Assembly: GCA_964199315.1 (NCBI GenBank) | Contig: OZ116698.1 | Location: 12,090,001 to 12,154,000, forward strand | Source: Orbicella franksi | Taxonomy: Eukaryota | Direction: 5' to 3' | Length of the DNA: 64,000 nucleotides | Shown: positions 34,121 through 46,715 of the stretch, piece after piece | Layout: each line of letters opens with the position of its first letter | Position numbering within the stretch: position 1 is the first letter of the stretch | Position numbers and translations under genes: made by a program | Notes under the pieces: generated by a model | What the model was told of the DNA's origin: nothing | The model's input: only the letters and a program-made list of their open reading frames with translations | The model's database searches: none

Positions 34121-37100
34121 CCCCGTAGCTCTCTGTAAGCGATGAAGTAAACAGATAGATATTGTTTCTGTTGATTGTAAATTAAACCATTTGTCAGATC
34201 GTATCACAAATGATTTTCTTTGATGGCCAATTATTAACAGCCACTCGCATAGGCGTTCTTATTAACGGCGATGACACAGCGAATTGAACGCTCTCTGGGC
34301 GAAACTGAAATAAATTCGATCACTGAAACGTTATGCTTCAAATGCGTTTTTAGTTCGACGTTTTAGGCAGGGCGTTTGAGAGAATGCAGGTGGTATTTTG
34401 ATTGACACTGGCTAACCCGCTGGTAACGGAAATCCATCACGTAGTATCGGGGCGTCATTTTGTAATTTCGCACATTTTTGTTTGCTAGTTGAAATGCGTT
34501 ATGCAAACAGATTGTTTGCTGAATTTTTGCTAAGAACATCGGTGTGAAGAAAACAACGTAAGCTCACTGGCGTCTTGCCTTTACCGGCCGGTTTTTTAGA
34601 GAACAGACCGCCAAAGTCACTTGACTTGTTTTATCTGAATGTCTAGACAATGCCTTATCTTCTACAAATCTCCTAAAGCGACTTTCTTAGACTTTGTAAA
34701 AGAGTCTGTCAAACATTCACCAGACTTCCTGTGTGATCAAAAGATGCGGCAGAAACAAAATCATATCTCCATCGTTTTGAGCCAGAACGACACTTACGAG
34801 CTTAGGATTTCTCTCACTGACCTCAGCGCGCGCAAAAGATATATATATATATTATACATGAAAGCGAACGGACATCATCTCGGGAATTTTATTTTATTTT
34901 CCCTGAAAGACCGATTTCCTAAGCAATGTTTACGTGATTGCCCCCGATTAACGTTCGAGAGTAAAATGAAGTGGTTCACATATTTCATGTATGTGAAATA
35001 AAAAACAAAAACGACTGATCACAGCGAAACAAACACGGTTCATTGCTTGCCACCTTGGCGGCAAAATCAAAGACGGGATATTTAAGATCACAATTAGGTA
35101 ATTACACTTTGATTTAAACAAAAAAAATCGACAAATGTGATTCAACAAGCCCCACCTTGGGGTATTTTCACAATATCAAGGTCATTACCAAGGATGGGTA
35201 TAGTGCTAAAACGCAAGGCAATTGTCATGTATTGGTGTTGAAAAGGATACAGCAAAGAGGTTATCTTTTTATTGTCCCTATGCACACCACTTATCGATTT
35301 GAGAAACTGATGAAGACTTGGCAGAGCATGATTTTCCGTGTTATTCCCGCATTATTCTCGTCTATTGTATATAAAACAGAATAAAACTATTTAGGTTGTA
35401 ATTTAGGTGCTGAAAGTTTCTGCCTCCTTTCAGATTAGAACATACATGAACTCGCGACCTCGTAGGCTAGAATAATTGTAGGCTTCATGCCAAACCTATA
35501 GAAATCGAAAGATGACAGATCAAAGACACGGCAGAACTCTATCGCCATCCTCGATAAAAAGCGGATATTTCCTATTGCCAAATAAATTACTGACAACACG
35601 TGCTAAAAAGTTTGTTCGCGTGATAAGGAAGTCGATAAGAAAAAAACGCGTGATCGCTGCTTTCAGTGCTAAACTGCATGTGTAGCGAAAAAACAACCAC
35701 CCACGGAAGTTGTTTTAATCGTGTCTTTTATCGTTCACGTTTTTTTTCTTGCCAGTGACGTGGTCTATAAATAAACCACCGGGGAGGAAGAGCTCACACG
35801 AAGATGAAAATCAACATCACCTCAATCGGTTTTGAGTGACGGCAAAATAGCCGAGTCACGTGTTTCGAACTTTACCGGTCTGAATCCAAAGGGATTCAGA
35901 AGAAAAAACCTCTCAAATTGATGTTATAACTCGGAGGCCAAAAAAATTATTATTTTTTGTCATTATTGCCAAATTCCTCTGATAAAAATTGAATTGAATA
36001 GCTCCAATTCTCATGCATAGAAAGTCTTTACCTTTGGTCATCCGCTTTTTTTCATATTTCGTCTTCAGCGCGTAAATTGGCAATTCTTTGAAGGCACGAG
36101 CTGCAGGCTGTTGTCGGCAGCTACTCGCAGATGAAATGGCGAAACTGGCACACCTAGCTAAGTTACAAAGAATGAAAACAAAGCTAGAGAAGACCGCAAA
36201 CACCAAAAAGGTATAAAGTTCAAGGGTAAGCACTCCTGTGGACATTTTACATTTTCCGGCAACATGTCCTAGAAATATCCGCTAACATCTATCCGTCACG
36301 TACATCACACTAGAAACCGCCATCGTTCAGTGCAAAATATCGAAAAACAAGCAAATGGAAGAGCGAAGTGATACCTATTTTTACCGCTCTTCTACTTGCA
36401 ATAATTAATTCTCTCAAGTTATTACTAGAAGTTTCTTTCACTGTCAGTTCTAAGAATTTGCTAGTTCAACAAGGTAACTATTGGCCACACTGCCTAGTTT
36501 TGCTTTCTGCTCAACACCTGTCCACCTCACAATGTTTTGATAGTGTGAGGAGAAATTAGCTTTTGATCTGTTTCTGTTAGTTCGTTCCTTAATGAACTGT
36601 CCAGGCCTCAAACATAAGAAATCCATTCTAGTTACCTTGTATCTCAAAAGTTGGTACAGAGCACCCCTCTCTAGGATTCCTATATAACCACTGTGTTTAA
36701 ATTTGTATTTTGCACTCATTTTCTGTAAACGTGACCGAATCGTCCAGTCTTCTACTGGAGGATGATTTCGAATAGGTTTGTTTTGCTCTCGACGTGCGTA
36801 AGTCAATTTAAAGCCATTCCGCGTGACTAGAATCGTTTCTCGCACCTTGTCAGACACGCAGTTGTTTATATTACTAATTTCGTCTTCTCGGCTCTTAAAG
36901 TAAGTTACGGATCTTTGTTTTGCCCTTTCGACTTATGGCCCGCGAAGGGGAACAGAGTCGAGGGTGGAAAAACTCGCTCCGTAACTTAAGTACGGACTTC
37001 ACACACGTCATTAAGAGACATCTAATAACTTTAAAAGAGGCGATAACCATTTCCTGCCTGCCTTAAGGCTGTAAACGTGGAGTGTTGGGTGTGCTAATCA

Positions 37101-37244
37101 GGTGTTTTATTGGCTGCAGCATGTGATAAGTTCTTTCACTAGAATTTCCTCGAAAGGTATTTGCAAGTTTATCGCACTGATTATCTTCCCTTTGGTCTCC
37201 GACGATATCTGCTTAGTCCTAACGGTTTGTGGAATGAGTATTGA

Positions 37245-37480
37245 AGGAGCTCAGACACGTACATTATTTTGAGTTATTTTCGCCTCGTTCAAAATTACCT
37301 TTAAATTGAATGAAACCTAAAAATGACAGTTTACTACAGTAAGATAGAACAACACCAAAGAGATAATAATAAACCATAAAGGAACGAGGATGGTTAACGA
37401 TAGAGAAGAATGACACTGATTACAAACGACAAACTTAGGCTAAACTTTTCAAGATGATGCGCAAACCGTGATTAGCTCCT
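37245..37480. mobile_element. Reversed copy of the TTAA-flanked 234-bp element
   Basis: Termini GAAGGAGCTCA and TAGCTCCT|TTAA; the interior is the reverse complement of 12636-12869. Confidence 0.7.
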
Positions 37481-40000
37481 TTAATTTAAGAACGCTTCTA
37501 CAGCGTTTGTTCTTACACCTTCTTCTGGATGTAAACTTTGGGTGTGTGAAACTTAAATTACAGCCAGGTTCTTTCCAAATGATAAATGTATAAACAGATG
37601 GTAGAAAATTATGCAACAACCGCGAAAGAAAAGCCAGTTCGTAATGTAACAATAATTATATATAGCTGATTATCCACAAACTAATCTTTCAATCTGATAC
37701 TAAGAGTGTATTTATCGATTTAGGCAGCACATTGGTAACAAGATTTAGAAGCTAACTAAGCGGCAGTGAGTGGGGCCTGAAGTTAAAAGCCCTCAAGGTC
37801 CTCATGTTTAGGAAGAAAAGTAGATTAGTTGACTGAAACATATCCAAGCACTCCGACAGTTCTTAAAAAAGGCAAATCTCTGCAGTGAGTGAGCACACAT
37901 ATATCTTGGTATATCTTGCTATATTGCAAACAATAGGAATAGATCATTCACCACTGCTATCCATAGAGCAGCCGAGAAATCACTTTCCCGTTAACCAGTC
38001 CGTTACTGAGACTCTAGCCAGTTCGTAAGGCAATAAAACCCGCCAATTACTGCCTTTTTCCCGGTCTAAACTTAATTATTGTTGAACATCCGGTGGTTAA
38101 CAACGTTTAAACCGAAACGAATTGTACAGAGCCGTAGTAATCGTCATTCCAGCTGGCGAAAAATTTGAAACACGGCCAAAATCCAGCCATCTTGACCAAA
38201 CAAGCTCGGTCAATAAATGTGTCTGTGAGAAAAACCTAGGTTGGAACTACAAAGAAATCCGTGAAATTTCCTGCTGCTTTCAAATTAGGCTATGTCTTTG
38301 TGAAGTAGGCGAGCAGAAATAAGAACGATTACAATATTTTGCGTAATGGTGACTCATTTGAAAGCAGAACAAATGCTGACCGTCCACCTACCAACGAGCT
38401 CCCCCGCGTTTCCTTAGAAAAAAAAACACCCTTAAACGTAATCTATGCTGTACTCTCGACGGTAAATGTTTGATGTATCATTTAAGGATAAGTTTGTAAT
38501 TTGTAAATTGAAAATGTAAAATAACCTACCCCTAGAGCCTTGTTGCAGGAGTAAAGCTGCTTGAATCCTGGTAAGTTATTGCAGATATAATTTTCTCCTC
38601 GTGTTGTATGCTCACTTATATACCCGTGACCCGGTAATTATAAGTACCTGAAACCACCTAATATGGTCTCAAAGTTCAGTTACACCTCTTGCAAGCATGT
38701 TAGCCGGTCTAGATTAGGATCAGATTATCTGAAAAACGTCTTATTTTGAAACAGGATTGCACGGGTGTCAAGGATGATGACTAAAATGACAAAACAACTC
38801 CAAACTTGTCTTAACAATTCGCTACCATTGCTGGATCATTTAACAGAGGTTTTTTTTCTTGAGTAGGAAGCAGGATCGGAGGGGATTGGGAGTGGAAGTG
38901 CGGAGCGATGCTCGTGGTACTGTGTTAGGGTTGATAATCAGTTGCGTTTTGGTACTGATTCGTGTTGCATTAAAAATTTGACAGTTGCTACTGGACAGAG
39001 CAGGAGATCAGTGTCTAAACATGAAAGGAGAAGCGAAAGGGTTGACTCCGAGGCTGACGGGGGCAAATAAACAGGAATACGTTGCCGAGAATTGAATTTC
39101 AATTTGATCATGTCTTTTTTCAGAGACGTGACTCTTGCGCAGCTTCTGCCATTGATCAGTCATCAATAAGAGAGTCTACTTTGCAACATCTTAGGAGCAA
39201 AAATGACCCACAGCCACCGCCCACCAACATGGACTCTGGTACATTTTAGCCCGAAGGGTTTTTCTGAAAATATCCACCAAGCATCGCTGTCGATTGCGTG
39301 TTCTGAAGCGCTAACCCAAAGGGAGCAAAAGGGGAAAGGGTTCCGCCCTAAAATCCCCTACAGAGCAGTAAACTGGCTTGATGCAGGCATGACAGGGACA
39401 TCTCGCTTGGCACTCCGCCATCAGCTGGCCTCATATGCAAAGTCCTGGATTAAAAAAAACTCTAATAATAATAATAGATTGAGTGGCGAAGAAAATCTGT
39501 TTTTCTGATCACAGATAAACCGATTAGTAATAAATACACCAACAGTTAAAAGAAACTGGTTCCAGTTCATACGTGCACGTATACAGAAAAAAAGTTAGAT
39601 TCTGCAGCGATATTCCGATAAACTGTTATCACCCCTACATGAGGTTCTACGACAGTTGTCATACGAAAACTAGATAAAAGATTTGCAGCAATGTAGAGAC
39701 GTTTCAGGCTAACAATTCAGTTTGCTTGTAACATGACAAAATCGAAACAAAATCTTTTACAACGCTACTCCCTACGGAGAGTTATCTGCTGAAAACATAC
39801 TTAAACGCAAAATTCAATACTGAAGATCACTGGCTTGATCCGATTTTAAATCGTCCTTCACTCAGACCTGGAAGTAATTTACCAATAAACCTTTCAAATA
39901 TTTCCAAAATTAGCAAACCCGAGATTTTCTAGATCAAGGATAAATGGAAGGGGATTGAGGGCCGGTTTAAAAACCTTCAGCTCCATATCTGTAAGGCGAT

Positions 40001-40990
40001 ATTACCCAAATACCCATTTTATATCATGCTATTATCTCGGCCAAGCCGGGACACTGAGGTTTATATTTTTATGAATCGGCAGAACATAAGGAAACCAACT
40101 ACAAGCTGATAAACATGTTAAAATCGCTTGAGATCACAATGCAGGAGGTTCAAAAGCCCGCGGTGAGGTGAAAGTGTCCATATAAAGTTCTCCCGGCATT
40201 CCGGCATTATCTCGAGCCTTGTCTAAACGCCACGCGAGAGTAAGATAAAAGTGCTTAATTTGCCGATAATCCGTGCAATAAAATGCCGAACTAAAAAAGA
40301 ACATCGTGATCCTATAAAAATACCTCATTTCAATTGAATATAATGTTTCCTTTCGTGCCCTTGCGCCAAAGGACTTCCTTTAAACTTGTCAGTCATGCAG
40401 TAAGGCAACGATCAACCTTTGCCAAAAGAGCAAACAAAATGCAGGGTCACCGTGTTTGTTTTCGAGATAAGGCGCATTGAAGACCATGCGTTTTTAGAAG
40501 CTTTCGTTATTTTAAGACGATAAGAGAATCTACATTAGTGAAAATTAAGTCAGGTAGACGCACTCAATCTAACACAACTGAGTCTATTAACCGAAGTAAA
40601 CTTTTGCAGCTGATGTCGTTACTTAAGGCAAAATAGGCATTGAAAAAGAATACATGTTAGTCTTGCCCGTCCATAATTGAAGCGGAAAACATCGGTTGCA
40701 AGAGAACGGAAAAGGCGAAATATTTGTAACTTCTCATTTCTCCGGTTTTTTTTTTTTTTTGAAGTGGAGAAACCAGTAAAGGAAGTATATCTATGAAAAG
40801 AAACAAGGGAGTGACGCGAACATTTTAAAGAGAGAGTAAACTGCCGGCCAAGTTAACGCAACTGGTACCAAGGCCTGTGATTGCTTTTGTTTTTTCCTTA
40901 GCAAGCGGGCTTGATGTATGACTTGGCGTGATGTTGGGACATGAAGTACGTGCGCAGTAAAGATGCGCAGAAAAATGGGCGCGAACGTCC
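40001..40990. mobile_element. Right part of a Kolobok-like element at the start of duplication unit 1 (duplicate at 46718-47707)
   Basis: The terminus GTGCGCAGTAAAGATGCGCAGAAAAATGGGCGCGAACGTCC resembles the right end of 14884-15984. The left terminus was not found, and the extent of the element is approximate. Confidence 0.45.
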
Positions 40991-41513
40991 TTCAGTTAAA
41001 GTAACATTGAGACACACCCAGAATTTAGCAACTTTTAGGACTTCCTGTCGCTTAAAAGGGCGCGACAGCTATTTTAATTAATGTTGTTAGTTGAAGGCGT
41101 CAAGCTTGAGTGACAAGACAGCCCCGCCAAAACCGCATATCGTTGGGGAGGAAGTCTACAAGTTTGTATAATTACTCGTAAATTATTTGTTCTCCTTCTG
41201 ATGAGAGATATTTACTGTAAACTATGATTTCTCTGTTACATGACCTTGAGTTTGGAGAATTCAACTAAAATTGAGTGTGGCTATAAAAGGAGCCCTGTTT
41301 TCACTGGGTCTGAGGGAAACGAAAATGCACGGAAAAACTCTTTTTCCATGTCGCTTTTCTTTCTCATTAGGATTCAGCACGCGGTGAAGCAGCTGCAGCT
41401 ATCCACTTGTACCCATACTACTTTTCGGTCTGGTCGCGTGAGCTTACTCCGAGGCTTTCACTGATCATGACCCAACGACGGACGTTTCATCAAAATAGCT
41501 GAATATTATCTAA

Positions 41514-42095
41514 ATTATCATCTACTCCGGACCTGGTTACTGTCAACTCGCTTCTGGAATCAAACAGGACGCTGACCTTGGTACGATAAATTCAACACAG
41601 CTTCAGATTGAGGCAGAGCTGGAATTTTACACCAGGCAAGGGATGGTTTCAGCTATTTTTAAAAATAATTTCCATGATTATGAACAAATGCTTGTCTTTC
41701 AATTCAGATCCAGATTTTCGCCAGTTGATGCTATTTGCTTTAAGCTGTCGCATATGGAGGGTACGTAGCCAACGTTGTTCTGGCGTTTTTTCCTTGACAG
41801 CCATGTTTTCATAATATGGATATTTAATAATGCACAATAGACAAGCTTTAAATTTTTCCGAGCTTTTTTTTTCACAACTGCAAGTTGAGTACATAACCGC
41901 CGCGATTTTCGGTACGTTTTAATGTCTTAAAAGACAGCGATTTAGTTAGCAGCTAAAAACGGACATGTCAAAGCTTTTGAAGCAAGCAAAGCAGACAAAA
42001 CTGTTGATAGAAAAGCTTTCCATCATGCCTTCAGAAACAACAGCGTTGCGGTTGTGAAATTCCTTTCAGAAATGAATGTCAAAGTGCATCGTTGA
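41514..42095 (+). pseudogene. Decayed ankyrin-repeat coding fragment (copy 1)
   Basis: One reading frame with several in-frame stops: ...GIKQDADLGTINSTQLQIEAEL...HMEGT*PTLFW...KTAI*LAAKNGHVKAF...AFHHAFRNNSVAVVKFLSEMNVKVHR*. KTAI*LAAKNGH and AFHHA..N.VAVVKFL fit the ankyrin consensus (TALHLAA.NGH; ALH.A...G...VVKFL). Confidence 0.5.
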
Positions 42096-45000
42096 GCTCT
42101 GCTGGCTGTGTCTCCGCACGAACGCTAGATTTTTCAGATTTCGCTTACCAGAGAGCAATTGTGTAATCCCCTGTTATTTTGAAATATAAATTATCGCCAT
42201 CGCTTTTTAAAATGCTATTGATATTTGGGGAAATACGGCTAAACGCGCTCTACGCAAATGCGCAAAAAACTCCGCTGTTACTACTGTAACACGTCTTACT
42301 ACAAACCTTAGATTTCATCTGAATTTTTTAGTCATAAGTCACCGTTGGTTAGTTAACGCCCAATCACGGAATTTGCCGGCTATCCTTCCTCGCAGTTTGC
42401 AGTGCGGTTCCTGTTTACCAATTTAACTGACTATTCAGAGTCTTAGCTGAGTGGGAGTTACTTTATAGAGCACCGCACAATTCGAGTTGATACGGACATC
42501 AAATAATTTAATTCAGCGATCTTCATCTTTCAGACCCGCTCAAGCTAGCAATGTACTTCTTTCTTTGAATACAGCAATCCTTCAGCGTAGCCGTGCTGTA
42601 GTCGGCCATTTCTGTTGTTTTTGATTCCCTAAGATGCTTGTGCTAACAGACATTTTATAAATCATAAGCTTAGGGTCCTCAGGTGCTCATACACCATGTT
42701 GGAATCTCCTCGCTGATGAATTTCGTTGCATTTTGTGTTGTCTAGCTTGCCTTATAGCCCCGGGCTTAAATGCAGCTTCCTATCTTACATTTACTATGAT
42801 ATGCCCTGTAACCCTCGCCTAACCGCAGCGCAACGCAAATAACTCAGTTCGGTTGTCAGCGAAACGTACTTTCGTCGTAGCGAACGATCATTGACGCTCA
42901 ACGTCATTGCGCTATGTTCTTTCGCCTTGTTTGCACATGCTTCTTAAACTCACCTCATGTATTTCGCCGTTCTTCCGCTCGACGAGTGTGCACACTAACG
43001 CAGCACGGTGAGTAATCGTGAAGTTTCTGCGGGTCGGAATCTAGATCAATCTAACGAGCCAATAGACACTAGAATTATCTTGTCATTAGCGCGTGAGATG
43101 AAGATATGCTATTCAAGATGACACTTCCGATTAGAAAGAAGACTGATGACCCAGACGTGTCGAGGTTAACTTTACTGACTCGAAAACAAAAGAGAAGTGG
43201 GATCTTTTTTTACACAGCTGAGCGGAAATCGAAACGGGAAGAACGTTTCGAAACTGCAAATACCTGTGTATGTATGTATTGAATGCAAACCTACTGTTTG
43301 ACTGAGTGTGTTTGTATGCGGTAAAAGGAAGCGCGCTCACAAGAATGAGAAAGAAGTACTGAGAACTACAGCGATAAAAACATGACACGCGCAGCGGTGA
43401 AAATATTACACGCGCGGTCCCGGACGTGTGCTAGTGATAATCTACCCCAAACACAGGCGAGAAGTTGCTTTGGACGTTGTATGTCTACAGCTAAACGTAA
43501 AGGCGGTTTCGTTTTAACAAGGAAGTGGATCCTTTTTTACTTTGACTTTTCTGCTCTGTGGGCAGTCTAGATGAACCGCATCACATAATCTGCTGCTGCT
43601 GATTGGTTAGTAAGACGGGCGAGGTTTTTTTCAACTGTACGTATGCCATATATCTCACTTGCTTTATCTCACATCTCTCACATGCAACGACTATTTTACA
43701 TAACCTTCTTCCAGCGTCAGAAAAGTAATAAATTCTTATTGAGCAAGCTTGTTTGGTCACATGTAGATGAAACAAAACTAAGAATACATCTAATCCTGGT
43801 GCCCTGGAGAACAAAGTGCGTCAGTTTTGTTTATCTACTCAAATTTCTTGAAATTTATTTTCCTCTCTTAGTCTCTCTGTTTTAATATTGTTAAAGTAAT
43901 AGTAGCTCGCAGTTACTGTTATAGAGTAAGTTCATTAAGGCAACAACTAACTCAGTTTCCACTGTTAAAGATATGTGATCCGTTTTATTCCAAGATCACA
44001 GTTGCTTGATCGTAAACTTTGCGTGCTTCTGTGCAACTCCGAGTGTGCATAGCTCATAAATATATAGTGGGATCAACGGCTTAAGGCTTAAATGTCCAAA
44101 GGTATTACAATGACTAGCACCATTACGGAATATCGCAAAGCTTCGATAATAATCCCATTCCTCCCTTTTTAGAAATTAATCCCCCCCCTCCTCTACCAAA
44201 GGAAAGTGTTAGATGTAAATTGGAATTCTTCTCATGACAAGAGCTCCGAAATAAAACCCATGAGCCTATATTTAGATTTAATTTTTTTCCGATTATAACG
44301 CTCCCCTTACAGTAGGGGTATTTTTTTTAGAAGTCTTTATCCCTACAGTATGTTTCGAGACTTGATTTAGAACTTGTTTTGCTTTTCCTGAAAATACAAG
44401 CTCAGCCCCGTTTTTTTTAAAAGAAAAAGAGGTAATCCCTATGTGCCATACAAAATGAACCGGCTAACGAAAACAGTCTTACAAAAAATGTTTTTAATTA
44501 AAATAAACTAAAGTAGGTCCTATTAGGGCATGTAATGCGTGGCTTGCCAGTGATGTTTTGCCTCATACTACTGTAACTATGCCATGTTTAAACATTCCGA
44601 AAACAAGCCTGTTTTGGCTAAATCACGACTAGAAGCTCTGCCCTTGGAACACAAGGATTTTTGAAAGGCTACGATAACTGTCTATATCGATACAACTGCA
44701 AACGAAGGTTCAAGGAAATTAGGATGCGATTCTAGTAATCTCCGGCTCCTTCCGTGTGATACACGTAAGTTATATGTCTTCTTTTCAAAGATTTAAAGAA
44801 CGCATCTTATCCGAAATAGGAGACTGAAATCTCAAATCAATCGGTTCTCTAACGAAGAACTGTTGCGTCAAATGCCGCCAAAGATGAGGAATTGGTGAAG
44901 CCGAGTAGTACTGTGGAGCCTTTATGACATTTTATCTAATATGTATTTTCATTTTTTTTCTCTCGTTTCACCCACCGGTCGAACTTTGACTGATGACTTT

Positions 45001-46715
45001 AGCTGCGAAAACTGGTAATACAAGATTCCAGGGTGTGTGTCATCATTTTCATAAGATTAACAAACACGCGCTGGCGTGTGGCTAAAACAACAAATGCAGT
45101 CAGCATTGTGACTATTTTTGTTTTCTCACTGAAAGGTTACCACTGTTAGGCGCGACATCAGTCCTTAACCGCACGAGTTGAACTGTTTGCTGGGCAAGTA
45201 AAAATAATGTGACACTGCTAGACAATTGCTTTCTGAGAAGAGTGCCGTGAGGCCAGACTGACTTGTGACGCAAAAAGCATTTCAAATCCGGTCACGGTTT
45301 TTAGGACAGTCAAGTTTCGGTTATTTATGGGACCCACTTGAATACCAGTGAAGATCACCTGAGTATCGTTCGACATATCATTTACCTTGTTGAAGAGCTA
45401 CAAATGGGATGAATACTAAAGAAAACATACCGAACATAACTGGATCGCCTAAATGGCCACAGCTCGAGTTGTGGTGTGAGGTATAATTCTGGCCCCCGCT
45501 ATTTGAACTGTTTTTACGCAATTCGCAAATGCCGGTGATAGCATTAAAGTACTGTGGTTTCAGTGGATTCTCCACCGGGAATGAAAGGGTAAATCAGGTC
45601 AGTTAGACTAAAAGCGTCCAATTGTGATTTTCCAAGTTTGCCTTGCTTTACAATTACATGGCATACAAAACGAGTCGCTTGTGACCCAGCCGTATCTCGT
45701 TTAGCAACTTTTTTTTATCAGCTTGCGAGTATTGACTAGCTGACAGAATTGAGACCAGTAACTTGGAATACATTGCCATTCAGTATCAAATAGGTTCTTG
45801 CTGTCTTCCAAGGTCGTTTATAAATGGGGTGGAAGTACAGTTGGATTATTTTAAGATGCAAACAGTTAAACCGAATTGGTTGATCATATGTAACAAACTC
45901 TACGGATACGTAATACAGGAATGGAAATATTCTTACCGACAGTGCTCTGTAAGCGATAGCTACAGGATTATATTGGTTGGCAGATCATGGCGTTCACAGA
46001 CAAACTGTATCGTTTAACGAGGAGTACTAAAAGTGGATGACTTACCTTTTGTATTATGGCGAAAGAATGACACCTTTATTTAGGTTGGATAATCCCTAAA
46101 TGGACCTGAATACGTTAAGACAAGTAAACCGACAGCTGGTAATGCAGACTGGGTGCAAATTTACGGTGGTAATATAACCCGAGATATGACTGTGAATTAA
46201 ACTGCTAAAGGTACGGTATCCATGGAAACGGTGCACGCCTGACCGTCTTATGATAAAAAACGTTAATATTAGGATTTAACTTGTTGTATTACTGAATAGC
46301 CTGACATTTCCAACTCTAATCAATTGGAATTTACTCAACACAAATCTTACTATGGTTCTGTTAGCGATTGCTTTTAATTCGTGTAGTATGTGGGAGGTAC
46401 AATGACGCATACAAAATGCGGTTACGACGTGCGGTTGCGAACCTTTCAACCGTCCGTTTAAGTGACTTTAAAACGCGTTAATCGCTTTATCACATGTCAG
46501 GGTAAACCAGAATCGGATCTACGGGTTTTATAATCCACTCAAACTCAGCACACTTTTACTGAGCTTGAAATCGAGGGTGTTCTGCACGTGCCAATGATAA
46601 CAAAGTCGTCACTAATGAATTGACTGGAAAAAAAATAGCAGGGAACAGAAAGAGCGAATAAAACGGCAGGGTATTAGCTTCATTCTAATTCGATTCCGGG
46701 ACAGTCTGAAACACT

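Noticed and set aside
45763-46017. 84-aa ORF kept open in both duplicate units (also 52490-52744)
   Set aside because: The copies are too recent for shared openness to imply selection; it starts at TTG and has no recognisable motif.
46686-46700. TTCGATTCC T-loop-like word (also at 53416) and GTTCGAATTCC near 22724
   Set aside because: No surrounding cloverleaf or A-box, so these are not tRNA genes.
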